This document shows positions 1 to 8,095 of a stretch of DNA of 64,000 bases, piece after piece. Below the pieces are notes generated by a model. The model saw nothing but the letters and a program-made list of their open reading frames with translations. It searched no databases and was not told the origin of the DNA. Every line of letters starts with the position of its first letter. Position 1 is the first letter of the stretch. This stretch comes from a virus. The position numbers were made by a program, and so were the translations under genes. The DNA lies in the IMG/VR virus record IMGVR_UViG_3300047673_000158, positions 19,412 through 83,411 of that record. The stretch is one strand, 5' to 3'.

Positions 1-959
1 ATGGCAACAAAGTAAACCCGGCTGCTGACTGGATTGATTCGAAGCCATGGGACGGCATACCGCGCATTGAGGCGCTGGCCGACACGCTGGACGCAGCAGA
101 CCCGGAACTGGCCCGCGTGCTGGTGAAACGCTGGATGATTGGCGCCGTGGCGTGTGCGTTCGAAAACCACGGATTTGCCATGCAAGGCGTGCTGGTGTTG
201 CAGGGCGCGCAAGGCGCAGGTAAGACGACGTGGATTATGGGGCTGGCCGACAATAACCGCGATCTGGCCGCCGAATCCGTGATTTTGAACCCGGCCGACA
301 AAGACAGCGTGAAGCAGTTCGCATCTTACTGGCTGGTAGAGTTGGGCGAACTGGAAGCGACTTTCAGTAAGTCAGACATTACCGCGCTGCGCGGCTTCCT
401 CACCAAAAAGGTTGACGAACTGCGCCTGCCGTATGCGAAGGCCACAAGCAAATTTCCACGACGCACGGCGGCTGCCGCGTCCGTGAATGATCGGGCGTAT
501 CTGCGCGACGAAACGGGGAACCGGCGATACTGGACGATTGAGTGCGGCGCAGGCTTGAACGGTATGCACGGGATCGACATACAGCAGGCATGGGCCGAAG
601 CGAAGGTGCTTTACCTGGCTGGCGAGCGGCACCCGTTGACCAAAGATGAAATGGAGCGCCTGTCTGAGTCGAACATGACCTACACAGAACGCAATCCGCT
701 GTCCGACTTGATTATGGACCGCTTCGATTGGGAAAGCCTGTCCGTGGTCAAAATGTCGGCAACTGACGTTTGCATTGCGGTGGGTTACGACAAGCCGACC
801 ACCAAACAGGTGAAGGACGCGGGCACGATCCTGCGCAAGGCGACCGGCAAAGAGCCTTCCCGTTCGAACGGCCGCGTTGTGTTCGCTGTACCACCTTTGA
901 AGCGAAACAGTTACAAACAGGAACAAAATTTCGAAGACGACAACAGCCGCCCTTTCTAA
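1..959 (+). CDS. Primase-helicase, VirE/VapE P-loop domain and C-terminal winged helix (5' truncated by window), copy A
   Basis: Walker A GAQGAGKT, LRDETGNRRYW motif; near-identical to the 3' part of 42319-44730. Confidence 0.88.
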   Translation, partial: GNKVNPAADWIDSKPWDGIPRIEALADTLDAADPELARVLVKRWMIGAVACAFENHGFAMQGVLVLQGAQGAGKTTWIMGLADNNRDLAAESVILNPADKDSVKQFASYWLVELGELEATFSKSDITALRGFLTKKVDELRLPYAKATSKFPRRTAAAASVNDRAYLRDETGNRRYWTIECGAGLNGMHGIDIQQAWAEAKVLYLAGERHPLTKDEMERLSESNMTYTERNPLSDLIMDRFDWESLSVVKMSATDVCIAVGYDKPTTKQVKDAGTILRKATGKEPSRSNGRVVFAVPPLKRNSYKQEQNFEDDNSRPF

Positions 960-1041
960 AATTTGCTAAACTGCGCCCACATGCCCGATGATTCGGGCTT
1001 TGTCAACGGCGGGGATTACAAAATTGTGAAAGGGGAAGGCC

Positions 1042-1245
1042 ATGGGATCATTGCTCAACGAACAGGAAGCGCGTGAATTACTGGACGGATTCGGCAAGGC
1101 TAACAGCCTGGAGGAAGCCGAACTGCGCGGAATGCAGCGCATGTTGTCGCTTGTGTGCAACAGCGGAAAACGAGACTTCCCCACGCTGGTGGGGCGCATG
1201 CGCCGTGTGATCGAGGCAGCGCGCGAGGAAACGACGGCGCACTAA
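1042..1245 (+). CDS. Hypothetical protein (67 aa)
   Basis: RBS aagggg; conserved at 44813-45016; followed by terminator. Confidence 0.7.
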   Translation: MGSLLNEQEARELLDGFGKANSLEEAELRGMQRMLSLVCNSGKRDFPTLVGRMRRVIEAAREETTAH

Positions 1246-1267
1246 TGACGACAGCACGTAAGCGATT

Positions 1268-1291
1268 AAGCCACCTTCGGGTGGCTTTTTT
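1268..1291 (+). terminator. Intrinsic terminator AAGCCACC-TTCG-GGTGGCTTTTTT
   Basis: GC stem, UUCG loop, U tract; same family at 2223, 4852, 23863 and in copy B. Confidence 0.85.
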
Positions 1292-1309
1292 ATTTGTGCG
1301 GCAAAATGC

Positions 1310-1345
1310 TTGCGTTTCCCTAGGGAAACATGGAAAATCGCTTTC
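1310..1345 (+). promoter_or_regulatory. Sigma70-like early promoter with 16-bp operator GTTTCCCTAGGGAAAC and a 13-bp motif over the -10
   Basis: TTGCGT-17-GAAAAT; perfect palindrome 1314-1329; GAAAATCGCTTTC 1333-1345. Confidence 0.7.
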
Positions 1346-1370
1346 ATTGACAACGAAGGCGGGGTGCGAG

Positions 1371-1616
1371 ATGAACGAAGCGAAGGCAATCGAATATGCA
1401 ACCGTGCATTCTGTCACGGTTTCGACGGATAGAAAGAGCGGAAAGGGGGCGCGGGCGTTTGCGTGGTTTCGTGCTGGTGGTTTCGTCGTTCGATCGATTG
1501 CGGGGCAGCAATGGCGCGTGATCGGCGATGATGGCGCGACGTTCACTGGTAGGCGCGGGCAGTGCATAGAATTCTGCGTGAATGCGACGGTTATGCGCCG
1601 CTCCGATGTCGTTTAA
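1371..1616 (+). CDS. Hypothetical early protein (81 aa)
   Basis: ATG just after the promoter; distant homolog at 45145-45402. Confidence 0.6.
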   Translation: MNEAKAIEYATVHSVTVSTDRKSGKGARAFAWFRAGGFVVRSIAGQQWRVIGDDGATFTGRRGQCIEFCVNATVMRRSDVV

Positions 1617-1660
1617 CAACCAGCCCGCCAAGCGCGGGCTTTTCCATGGAGAAACAAAGG

Positions 1661-1993
1661 ATGGCGAATCAAACCCTGGCGGAAATGATCGCGGCGCGTG
1701 ACGAGCTAACGCGCCAGATTGACGAGTTGCAGGCGGCAACCAGGGCCGAAGCGGTGCGGACGGTGGCGGCGCTGATCGCTGAACACGACATGACGGCGCA
1801 CGAAGTGGGGCTGGTGAGAACGCGGCACATCAAGCCTGGCCGCAAAGGTGCGCCGACGTTCAAGCAGAAGGCGAAGCGACCGCCTAACCCGCCGAAGTAT
1901 CGGGACCCGAAGACGGGCGCGACGTGGACGGGGAACGGCAAGGCACCTGCCTGGCTGAACGGGCAGGATCGGGACGAGTTTCTAATCTATTGA
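1661..1993 (+). CDS. hns: H-NS family protein (Bv3F-like) with variant NGK hook
   Basis: N-terminal coiled coil plus PKYRDPKTGATWTGNGKAPAWL. Confidence 0.85.
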   Translation: MANQTLAEMIAARDELTRQIDELQAATRAEAVRTVAALIAEHDMTAHEVGLVRTRHIKPGRKGAPTFKQKAKRPPNPPKYRDPKTGATWTGNGKAPAWLNGQDRDEFLIY

Positions 1994-2060
1994 GGGGCGG
2001 CGCCCGCGAAAGGTGAGGAAATGCGGGATACAATGGGCCGCCAACAACACGGGGTGGTAC

Positions 2061-2201
2061 ATGGTCCTGTTCCTTCTGTTTTTAATATTCGCGCTGCTGT
2101 TTTTTGTGGCGGCGCTTTGGTACTTCCTTCTGGCGCTGTCGCTGTTCCGTGCAGTGAGTACATTGCAGCGGGCGAAACCACGGCGCGAACACGCACACTA
2201 G
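2061..2201 (+). CDS. Small membrane protein (46 aa), moron-like
   Basis: Hydrophobic N-terminal ~28 aa, upstream TACAAT, own terminator; same-length ortholog at 45955-46095. Confidence 0.65.
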   Translation: MVLFLLFLIFALLFFVAALWYFLLALSLFRAVSTLQRAKPRREHAH

Positions 2202-2222
2202 ACCCGCGCGATAGTCACTTTC

Positions 2223-2246
2223 AAGCCACCTTCGGGTGGCTTTTTT
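2223..2246 (+). terminator. Intrinsic terminator
   Basis: AAGCCACC-TTCG-GGTGGC-TTTTTT. Confidence 0.85.
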
Positions 2247-2279
2247 GTTGCGTTTTTTCGTTTAAACGCAAAACGGTGC

Positions 2280-2308
2280 TTGTGTTTGCTTATGGAAACA
2301 TTTATGAT
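2280..2308 (+). promoter_or_regulatory. Early promoter with operator GTTTGCTTATGGAAAC
   Basis: TTGTGT-17-TATGAT; operator 2284-2299. Confidence 0.75.
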
Positions 2309-2343
2309 TCTTCCATCGACAACGAAACACGAAGTGGAACGAA

Positions 2344-2541
2344 ATGAACGCAATCTACAAGCACATTCGCGCAGCATACAAGGCAGGTCAAATGTCTAAC
2401 ATTGCTATCGAGCGCGCCGAAGATGGAAACGGTTGTTTCGTTCGCGCGAATGGCAAATTTCTGCAATGGTTTGCGTCCGTGAATCTTGCTGAACAGGAAA
2501 TAGCAAAGCAGCAATCCAAGTGCGCTAAGTTCATTGCATAA
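2344..2541 (+). CDS. Hypothetical early protein (variable cassette)
   Basis: Directly after promoter and RBS; unrelated gene occupies this slot in copy B. Confidence 0.65.
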   Translation: MNAIYKHIRAAYKAGQMSNIAIERAEDGNGCFVRANGKFLQWFASVNLAEQEIAKQQSKCAKFIA

Positions 2542-2589
2542 CCAGCTAACCGCGCCCGCTTCGGCGGGCATCAATGAGGGGATGCGGAA

Positions 2590-2769
2590 ATGGAAAAGCA
2601 AATTGCAATCAAACACGCGCCGCGCAATTGGTCTTCGCTGAAGCGCTTCGCATGGTCGGACCAGCGCCCTTTTGTGGTGTACGTGGACGGCCAGATAGCG
2701 AAGGATAAGAAAGGCAACGAACGCCGGTTTTCGACGGCCGAAGGCGCCAGAAAAGCGTTTTCAAAATAA
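2590..2769 (+). CDS. Hypothetical protein (59 aa, MEKQIAIK..., not in ORF track)
   Basis: RBS GAGG upstream, open frame to TAA 2769, flanked by conserved linkers. Confidence 0.6.
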   Translation: MEKQIAIKHAPRNWSSLKRFAWSDQRPFVVYVDGQIAKDKKGNERRFSTAEGARKAFSK

Positions 2770-2842
2770 ACACCAAGCCCGCCGCGCGCGGGCTTTTCCA
2801 CTGAAACGGTGGCCGGTGCCGCCGTCGTTCGGAATCCTGAAA

Positions 2843-3037
2843 ATGACTATCAAAAATCGGGCGAAGGTGGCGGAACGGGCAAAGGCTTACGATGCAGCCA
2901 CGGTGCCGACGACGGTGCTAATTTATGCCCTGGCTGACGCAGTGGCGCAGAGTGTCGCAGATGCTACCGGGGCGCCGGTTGATTTCGTGATTCATGGTGT
3001 GGTTAAAATTTCCAGGCAGCCGCAGAAGGCGGCATAG
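2843..3037 (+). CDS. Hypothetical protein
   Basis: Conserved at 46769-46963. Confidence 0.6.
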   Translation: MTIKNRAKVAERAKAYDAATVPTTVLIYALADAVAQSVADATGAPVDFVIHGVVKISRQPQKAA

Positions 3038-3047
3038 GGGGGGTTGT

Positions 3048-3578
3048 GTGAAGGGTCAAATTGAACTGGTGTTGCGCTGGGCTTGCCCGTGCGAAAACAA
3101 CGAAGAATTGCAGGTGGTTTCCCGCCTGCCAGCATGGGCGAATTGCGCAATGGGCGAGGCTACGTTCCGCGAAGCCTGGGCGCAGTTCGCTGGTGAGATT
3201 AAGGCGCATTCGCCTGCCGCGCCATCGGTCGAGCAGGACGAGCGCGGGGCGTTCGAGCGAGCATTGATTAGCTATGCCATGGACGAGGCAGAGAGCACCG
3301 ACGCGGAGGTAATCAGGCAATCACGGGCGCGAGTAATGGCCTTGTTCGACGCCGCCCGCGCCGCATCAACTTCCGCCAATGTGGCGCAGGGAGAGAAGCG
3401 CGATGCGAAAAGCGACCGCTATTTCTTGGTCGTTGAAAATGGCTCTTATCTGATAGTTGATCGCGAAAGAAGTGAGATGCGGGGAGACGAGCCTGACTAC
3501 TTTGTATTGGCGTGGACACCGAATAAAGACGATGCCAAGTTTGTGTGTGATGTCATGAACGAGTCAAGGGAGTTTTAA
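3048..3578 (+). CDS. Mosaic hypothetical protein
   Basis: GTG start after RBS; ERGAFE and NVAQG linker motifs. Confidence 0.55.
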   Translation: MKGQIELVLRWACPCENNEELQVVSRLPAWANCAMGEATFREAWAQFAGEIKAHSPAAPSVEQDERGAFERALISYAMDEAESTDAEVIRQSRARVMALFDAARAASTSANVAQGEKRDAKSDRYFLVVENGSYLIVDRERSEMRGDEPDYFVLAWTPNKDDAKFVCDVMNESREF

Positions 3579-4073
3579 ATGAAACTGACATCTGACGCTA
3601 AAGGCACTGACGCGGCGCGCCGTTATTTGGCCGAGCTTTTGAGAAACGGAAACGGCTCAAATCAATACGCGGATTACATTCGTCATGAACTGGCGGGCGA
3701 CTTCGCGTGGGAATTGGTGAACCGCCTTCTTTACCCCAATGTGGCGCAGGGTGCGGAGGCGGTGTATCAGCAGCAGTATCGCGGCGAAGGCGTGTGGCGA
3801 GACATGCCGAAAGATAAGTGGGACGAGAAACAAGCCGGAATCCTCGCGAGTGACCAACGATTCCGCATCGTCTACACCGCCCCGCCAGCACAGACAGCGC
3901 TCACGGCAACATGCGGACAACTTATCGCCGCTTGCACCGCATACAACGAAGAAATGCGAAAGCGAAACACAGCCAACGTTGGTATGGCGGCGCCTGATGC
4001 GATGCGCAAAGCCATCGACGCCGCCATGACCGCCGCTCAATCAGCAAGCGGGGAAACGAAATGCGGCCAATAA
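3579..4073 (+). CDS. Mosaic hypothetical protein
   Basis: RBS ggag; NVAQGAEAV linker. Confidence 0.6.
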   Translation: MKLTSDAKGTDAARRYLAELLRNGNGSNQYADYIRHELAGDFAWELVNRLLYPNVAQGAEAVYQQQYRGEGVWRDMPKDKWDEKQAGILASDQRFRIVYTAPPAQTALTATCGQLIAACTAYNEEMRKRNTANVGMAAPDAMRKAIDAAMTAAQSASGETKCGQ

Positions 4074-4279
4074 CAAACGCCGACCTATGGGACATTCTGA
4101 CCCAGGCGGAAAGCCGGGTGCGCGAGTATGCCGGAACTGAATTCGACCACGTGGCGAAGCATGCGCAGGAAACCGTGGATTTGGTCATGGCGCGGCTGGA
4201 ACGTAAAGGACTTACGCGGGTGGATTTGGAAGGGCTGGCGGGTATCGAGCGCATGGCTGTGGCGTGTGCGGGTGTTTAA
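4061..4279 (+). CDS. Hypothetical protein
   Basis: Ortholog at 48151-48384. Confidence 0.65.
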   Translation: MRPITNADLWDILTQAESRVREYAGTEFDHVAKHAQETVDLVMARLERKGLTRVDLEGLAGIERMAVACAGV

Positions 4280-4326
4280 TCAACCAGGCGGCCACGGGGT
4301 GGCCGTCGATTTGCGAGGGTGGCGAA

Positions 4327-4824
4327 ATGACGAAAGCGGTAATCATAGTGGGCAGCCCGGCCGACAGCGCGACGCAGTGCGCCAGTGCGCTTGCGCAGCA
4401 CTTCGGGAAAACCGACATTGAGCATGCGGACCTGCCTGCCGACTTCTACACAGGCGGCGCATTCCCGGATAACGCGCTGGTGTTGACGACGGATGACGAC
4501 TTGGCCGTGCATCACAAGACAATCCACGGCGCGACGGTGTACACGTTTAAGGAAGCGGCGCTGGCGGCCGGGCTTAACAACGGCATGCGCGAGCCGGTGG
4601 ACGGCGTGCTGGACGGATACGCGGCCGTTCGCGTGAATAGCTCGCTGCCTCACGTGGCCGTGCTTGATTCTGTGGGCAAGGGGATTTTTACGCTGCCTGT
4701 CGATTACACCGCCCAGCAGGTGAATACAGCGATACGCATTTATGAACAGGCGTGGAAGTGCGGCCATGCATTCGGCGCGGACTTCGTTCGGCATTCAATC
4801 CGCAATGCGTTGGGTATCGTATAG
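4327..4824 (+). CDS. Small P-loop-like protein with degenerate Walker A
   Basis: AVIIVGSPADSAT aligns with AVIIYGPQGCGKT of the copy B ortholog. Confidence 0.6.
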   Translation: MTKAVIIVGSPADSATQCASALAQHFGKTDIEHADLPADFYTGGAFPDNALVLTTDDDLAVHHKTIHGATVYTFKEAALAAGLNNGMREPVDGVLDGYAAVRVNSSLPHVAVLDSVGKGIFTLPVDYTAQQVNTAIRIYEQAWKCGHAFGADFVRHSIRNALGIV

Positions 4825-4851
4825 CCGCTTTCTTCGTACCCTCTACTACAC

Positions 4852-4875
4852 AAGCCACCCTAGGGTGGCTTTTTT
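4852..4875 (+). terminator. Intrinsic terminator
   Basis: AAGCCACCC-TA-GGGTGGCTTTTTT. Confidence 0.8.
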
Positions 4876-4951
4876 GTTTCCAAAAAACAACGCGTGTACG
4901 TAGTGAATGAAGGTAAGTAATGACACCACCCACATTCACTTTCATTCGCAC

Positions 4952-4980
4952 TTGCTTACTTTGATGTACTTGTGGATAAT
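4952..4980 (+). promoter_or_regulatory. Sigma70-like promoter; DnaA box TGTGGATAA (4971-4979) overlaps the -10
   Basis: TTGCTT-17-GATAAT; copy B has TTGCTT-17-GACAAT without the box. Confidence 0.6.
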
Positions 4981-5058
4981 GTAAATCACCGCGTTACCTA
5001 TTAGTAACCTGTTCTGATTCACTGTTTGACTGCATATCATCCACTACACCCTAAGACC

Positions 5059-5640
5059 ATGAAAACCATTATCGAACTGATCCACGAAGCGAACCGGATA
5101 GCGCATAACGAAGCCATTGGCGAAATCACCGTGGACGGCATTCTAGTGGCGCTGGCGACGCTGGAAGCGGCCAGCGGGAAGCGTACGCGCCGCACGCCTG
5201 ACGAGTTCAACCCGGCCGACCACGACGCGGTGGCTAACCTGGTTGCCAATCTCGCAGAAGACGTGGTGAGCGCTTCCATGGTCTATCGCGAGTTATACGG
5301 CCGCACGGGCACCACGGCCGAACTGCGCACCGTGTCGGACGCGCTGCGGGCCTGTGAGTGGGTGCCGTACAAGTCCAATGGGCGCACCAAGTGGCGGCGC
5401 AAGACCATCGCGGAAGACGGCCTGCTGGGGCTGGAAAACGGCCAGGAAATCTATGACCGCGTGCTGGCGTGGGGCGAGAGTGTGCCGCGTTTCCGTGACA
5501 CCGCATCCACCATTTTCCGCCGTGTCATGGGGCGCGATCCGGTGGGGCATGAGGCGCGCGCGGCTGGCGCTGCCCTGCGTGACCTGGGCGCACTGTCGCG
5601 ACGCTCGAATGGCAGCCTGATTTACGAGAAACGCGGGTAA
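5059..5640 (+). CDS. Tandem winged-helix DNA-binding protein next to the origin
   Basis: Two internal repeats ending KSNG and RSNG that resemble the primase C-terminal domain (RSNG). Confidence 0.6.
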   Translation: MKTIIELIHEANRIAHNEAIGEITVDGILVALATLEAASGKRTRRTPDEFNPADHDAVANLVANLAEDVVSASMVYRELYGRTGTTAELRTVSDALRACEWVPYKSNGRTKWRRKTIAEDGLLGLENGQEIYDRVLAWGESVPRFRDTASTIFRRVMGRDPVGHEARAAGAALRDLGALSRRSNGSLIYEKRG

Positions 5641-5850
5641 CGCTACCCTGGAACCCTGCGCACTTACCTGCCATCTACCCTGTCACGAAGCCTTGCCCGG
5701 CAAGGCTTTAAGCCATTTAGGGTGCTTTAGTTAACCAGATTTACCAAATAACTAGGATGAAAGGGTATAGAGGTAATAAGTAGATATAAGCATTGTCTCT
5801 ATACCATAGCAAATCAAAACGTATAGAAATCACCGCCCTACCTACCCTGT
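5641..5850. other. Putative replication origin with ACCCT iterons, hairpin and AT-rich core
   Basis: Direct and inverted TACCCTG/AGGGT repeats around AAGCCTTGC-N-GCAAGGCTT; non-coding, AT-rich. Confidence 0.6.
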
Positions 5851-5932
5851 AGCTTTTCCGGTAATAAATACCGATTTCCGCTCGCATTCTGTTAACATAA
5901 CCCCGCAGTGGCAATTTTTACCGAACGGGGCT

Positions 5933-6322
5933 ATGGACACTAAACCACTACCGGCAAGCGTGCAGGAAATCGCGGACGTGATCGGACGCGAACAGGCGTT
6001 ACACCTTGTGGCGAGTCTGCCGCGACGGAGTGACAACCGACCAGGCAAAGCGTGCAAGCGGCCAATGCTCTATGTGCCGCAGCGAATCACGATGGACCAC
6101 AAGCTGGTGGCCATATTGGGATTTGAAGACGCGGCAAAGATGGTTAATGCGTTCGGCGGTGAAAACCTGTATCCGGCGACGTGTTCCGAAAACAAGGGCG
6201 GCCGACCGAAGAAAAACACCGCCGTGGAAAGCAAGCCTGAGCAACCCGAAAATGTGGCCACTGTCCACAGCGGGGTTTTCCACATGCTATTTCCTTTCCA
6301 CGGGAGTCCTGCCCGTGTTTGA
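5933..6322 (+). CDS. Mor/C-like late transcription activator
   Basis: IADVIGREQAL...LYVP...ILGFEDAAKMVNAFGGENLY; precedes the lysis and late genes. Confidence 0.65.
   Translation: MDTKPLPASVQEIADVIGREQALHLVASLPRRSDNRPGKACKRPMLYVPQRITMDHKLVAILGFEDAAKMVNAFGGENLYPATCSENKGGRPKKNTAVESKPEQPENVATVHSGVFHMLFPFHGSPARV
6212..6279 (+). promoter_or_regulatory. Late promoter motif AAAAACACCGCCGTGG with -10 GAAAAT and an inverted copy of the motif
   Basis: Motif 6212-6227, -10 at 6248, inverted CCACAGCGGGGTTTT 6265-6279. Confidence 0.6.
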
Positions 6323-6635
6323 TCTAATCAGGCGGTTCCCTGGCGCTGAATGGGCGATAGCCGCCTTATTCGGCGCATTGGTAGCCATGCCATTCCATGA
6401 CGAACTGAAGACGCGTAAAGGCTTCGTGGTCTTCGTTCTCACTGGTGTGTGCTGCGGCTACTTTCTGACTGGCGCTGTCATGCGCTATTTCCACATCAAT
6501 CCTGAATCAGCCGGTGGCGTTGGTTTTCTGCTGGGCGCATTTGGCGGCAGCATGATTTCCGCCGTGATCCGCTCGATTAAGGAAGCCGACCTGTGGGCGC
6601 TGGTGAAAGCCCGTTTCGGCGGGGGCGCGCAATGA
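6315..6635 (+). CDS. Holin
   Basis: About 3 TM segments, first gene of the lysis cassette. Confidence 0.7.
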   Translation: MFDLIRRFPGAEWAIAALFGALVAMPFHDELKTRKGFVVFVLTGVCCGYFLTGAVMRYFHINPESAGGVGFLLGAFGGSMISAVIRSIKEADLWALVKARFGGGAQ

Positions 6636-6892
6636 ATGAAACCATAACCGTGGCGGCTGCAATCGTGCTGGCTCTGTGGGCGTGCTGGTGTGGTTTTTCG
6701 CGCAGCGTCAACGACGGCATTGTGGGCAAGGCGATTTACTTCTGGATCGCCGTTTCCTCATTGGCAATCGTGCTGGGCGTTGCGGAATTGCGGACATATC
6801 AAACGCTGATAGTCGCTTTCGCAATGCTGGGCGTTCGGCATTACTGGCTGCGATACGTCAAAAAACAGCTATTCAAAAAGGCGGCAGCGTAA
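6632..6892 (+). CDS. Second holin/antiholin-like membrane protein
   Basis: About 3 hydrophobic segments, basic C-tail, ATGA-coupled to the holin. Confidence 0.6.
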   Translation: MNETITVAAAIVLALWACWCGFSRSVNDGIVGKAIYFWIAVSSLAIVLGVAELRTYQTLIVAFAMLGVRHYWLRYVKKQLFKKAAA

Positions 6893-7377
6893 TGGCTCGC
6901 ATAACAGCACAGCAAGCGGGCGGGGCGAACCGCGTTGCGTTTCTGGACATGATCGCGCATTCGGAAATCGGCGCGGCGCTGCTGGCGGAGTCGGACGACG
7001 GCTATAACGTGCTGGTGGGATCGACGCCAGCAAAGCCGCTGATTTTCCCGTCGTATGCAACGCATCCGAACGTGTTGAATCGGGCGCTGAATTCGACGGC
7101 GGCCGGGCGCTATCAATTGCTGTTCCGCTGGTTCAAGGCGTATGCGGCATTGCTGAAGCTAACGGATTTCAGCCCGCTGTCGCAAGACATGATTGCATTG
7201 CAGCAGATTCGCGAGCGGGGCGCATTTCCGCTGATCGACGCGGGCCAGTTCGAAACGGCCGTCGAGCGCTGTTCGAACATTTGGGCATCGCTGCCCGGCA
7301 ATTCGTATGGCCAGCATATGAACGATATCAAGGCGCTGAAAGTCGCTTTCGTTAATGCGGGCGGGGTGGCGGCATGA
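6892..7377 (+). CDS. Endolysin, lambda R-type lytic transglycosylase (GH104)
   Basis: AFLDMIAHSE, STAAGRYQ, FSPLSQD, IWASLPG motifs. Confidence 0.92.
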   Translation: MARITAQQAGGANRVAFLDMIAHSEIGAALLAESDDGYNVLVGSTPAKPLIFPSYATHPNVLNRALNSTAAGRYQLLFRWFKAYAALLKLTDFSPLSQDMIALQQIRERGAFPLIDAGQFETAVERCSNIWASLPGNSYGQHMNDIKALKVAFVNAGGVAA

Positions 7378-7682
7378 AAGACTTTCTGATTTTAATCGCG
7401 CTGTGCGGTGCGGTGATATTCGGAATTACTTCGTGTGAGCAATCGAAGTGGTATCAGGACAGCGAGAAATCGAGGCGCGAACAGGAAAGGCTTGATGCAA
7501 CACCGCACGTGATCCGTGAAGCGGACGGCTGCAAAGTGTACGCGTTCAAGTCGGGCGACAACTGGCATTACTTCACAAGATGCGCTGACGGCACAGTAAC
7601 GACAGAGCGCAACTATTCAGAACGGCACGGAAAGACGACCGTCCATAAATCCGAAACCATCGTTACGTCGGGGAACAGATGA
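7374..7682 (+). CDS. Putative lipoprotein (copy A only)
   Basis: Signal peptide with ITSC lipobox-like motif; absent from copy B. Confidence 0.6.
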   Translation: MKDFLILIALCGAVIFGITSCEQSKWYQDSEKSRREQERLDATPHVIREADGCKVYAFKSGDNWHYFTRCADGTVTTERNYSERHGKTTVHKSETIVTSGNR

Positions 7683-7804
7683 AGCAGGACGCAATTCTGG
7701 CGATGCTGTGTGGCGCAGTTTTCGTGGCCGGGTTGCTTACTGGCTATTTCGCAAAAGAGCCGGTGGCGAAGCCGGTTCATATCGTGAGGGTGATTCAGGC
7801 ATGA
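7679..7804 (+). CDS. Small membrane protein (41 aa)
   Basis: ATGA coupling at both ends; ortholog at 51557-51688. Confidence 0.55.
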   Translation: MKQDAILAMLCGAVFVAGLLTGYFAKEPVAKPVHIVRVIQA

Positions 7805-8019
7805 AGCGAGCATTGATTGGCGCGGCAATCGGCAGCGTGTTGGCGCGCAAGAGTGGCACGGTTGTGTCCATGGGCGGCGAACCCGTTGGCCTAGCGCGAG
7901 CGGATTTCAAAGATCGCATTGCAGCCATGCAAATGCGCGGAACGATTCGGACGTGCGTTAAGAATGCGCGGCGTGAATACAACCGCATGGCGGGCAGCGA
8001 CAAACTGCCGAAGCCGTGA
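7801..8019 (+). CDS. Hypothetical protein
   Basis: Core RAxFKDRIAAMQMRGTI shared with 51685-51909. Confidence 0.55.
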   Translation: MKRALIGAAIGSVLARKSGTVVSMGGEPVGLARADFKDRIAAMQMRGTIRTCVKNARREYNRMAGSDKLPKP

Positions 8020-8095
8020 TAGTCGCTTTCGCAATTGCAGTTCCGGTGGCGCTGGGGTTTGGCGCCTTCGTGTATCGGTTGACGGGGGAAATCAC

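Noticed and set aside
5890-5917. dif-like site for XerCD integration (minus strand TTATGTTAACA resembles the XerD arm)
   Set aside because: The adjacent sequence has no recognisable XerC arm at 6-8 bp spacing and overlaps a late-motif variant; too weak to call
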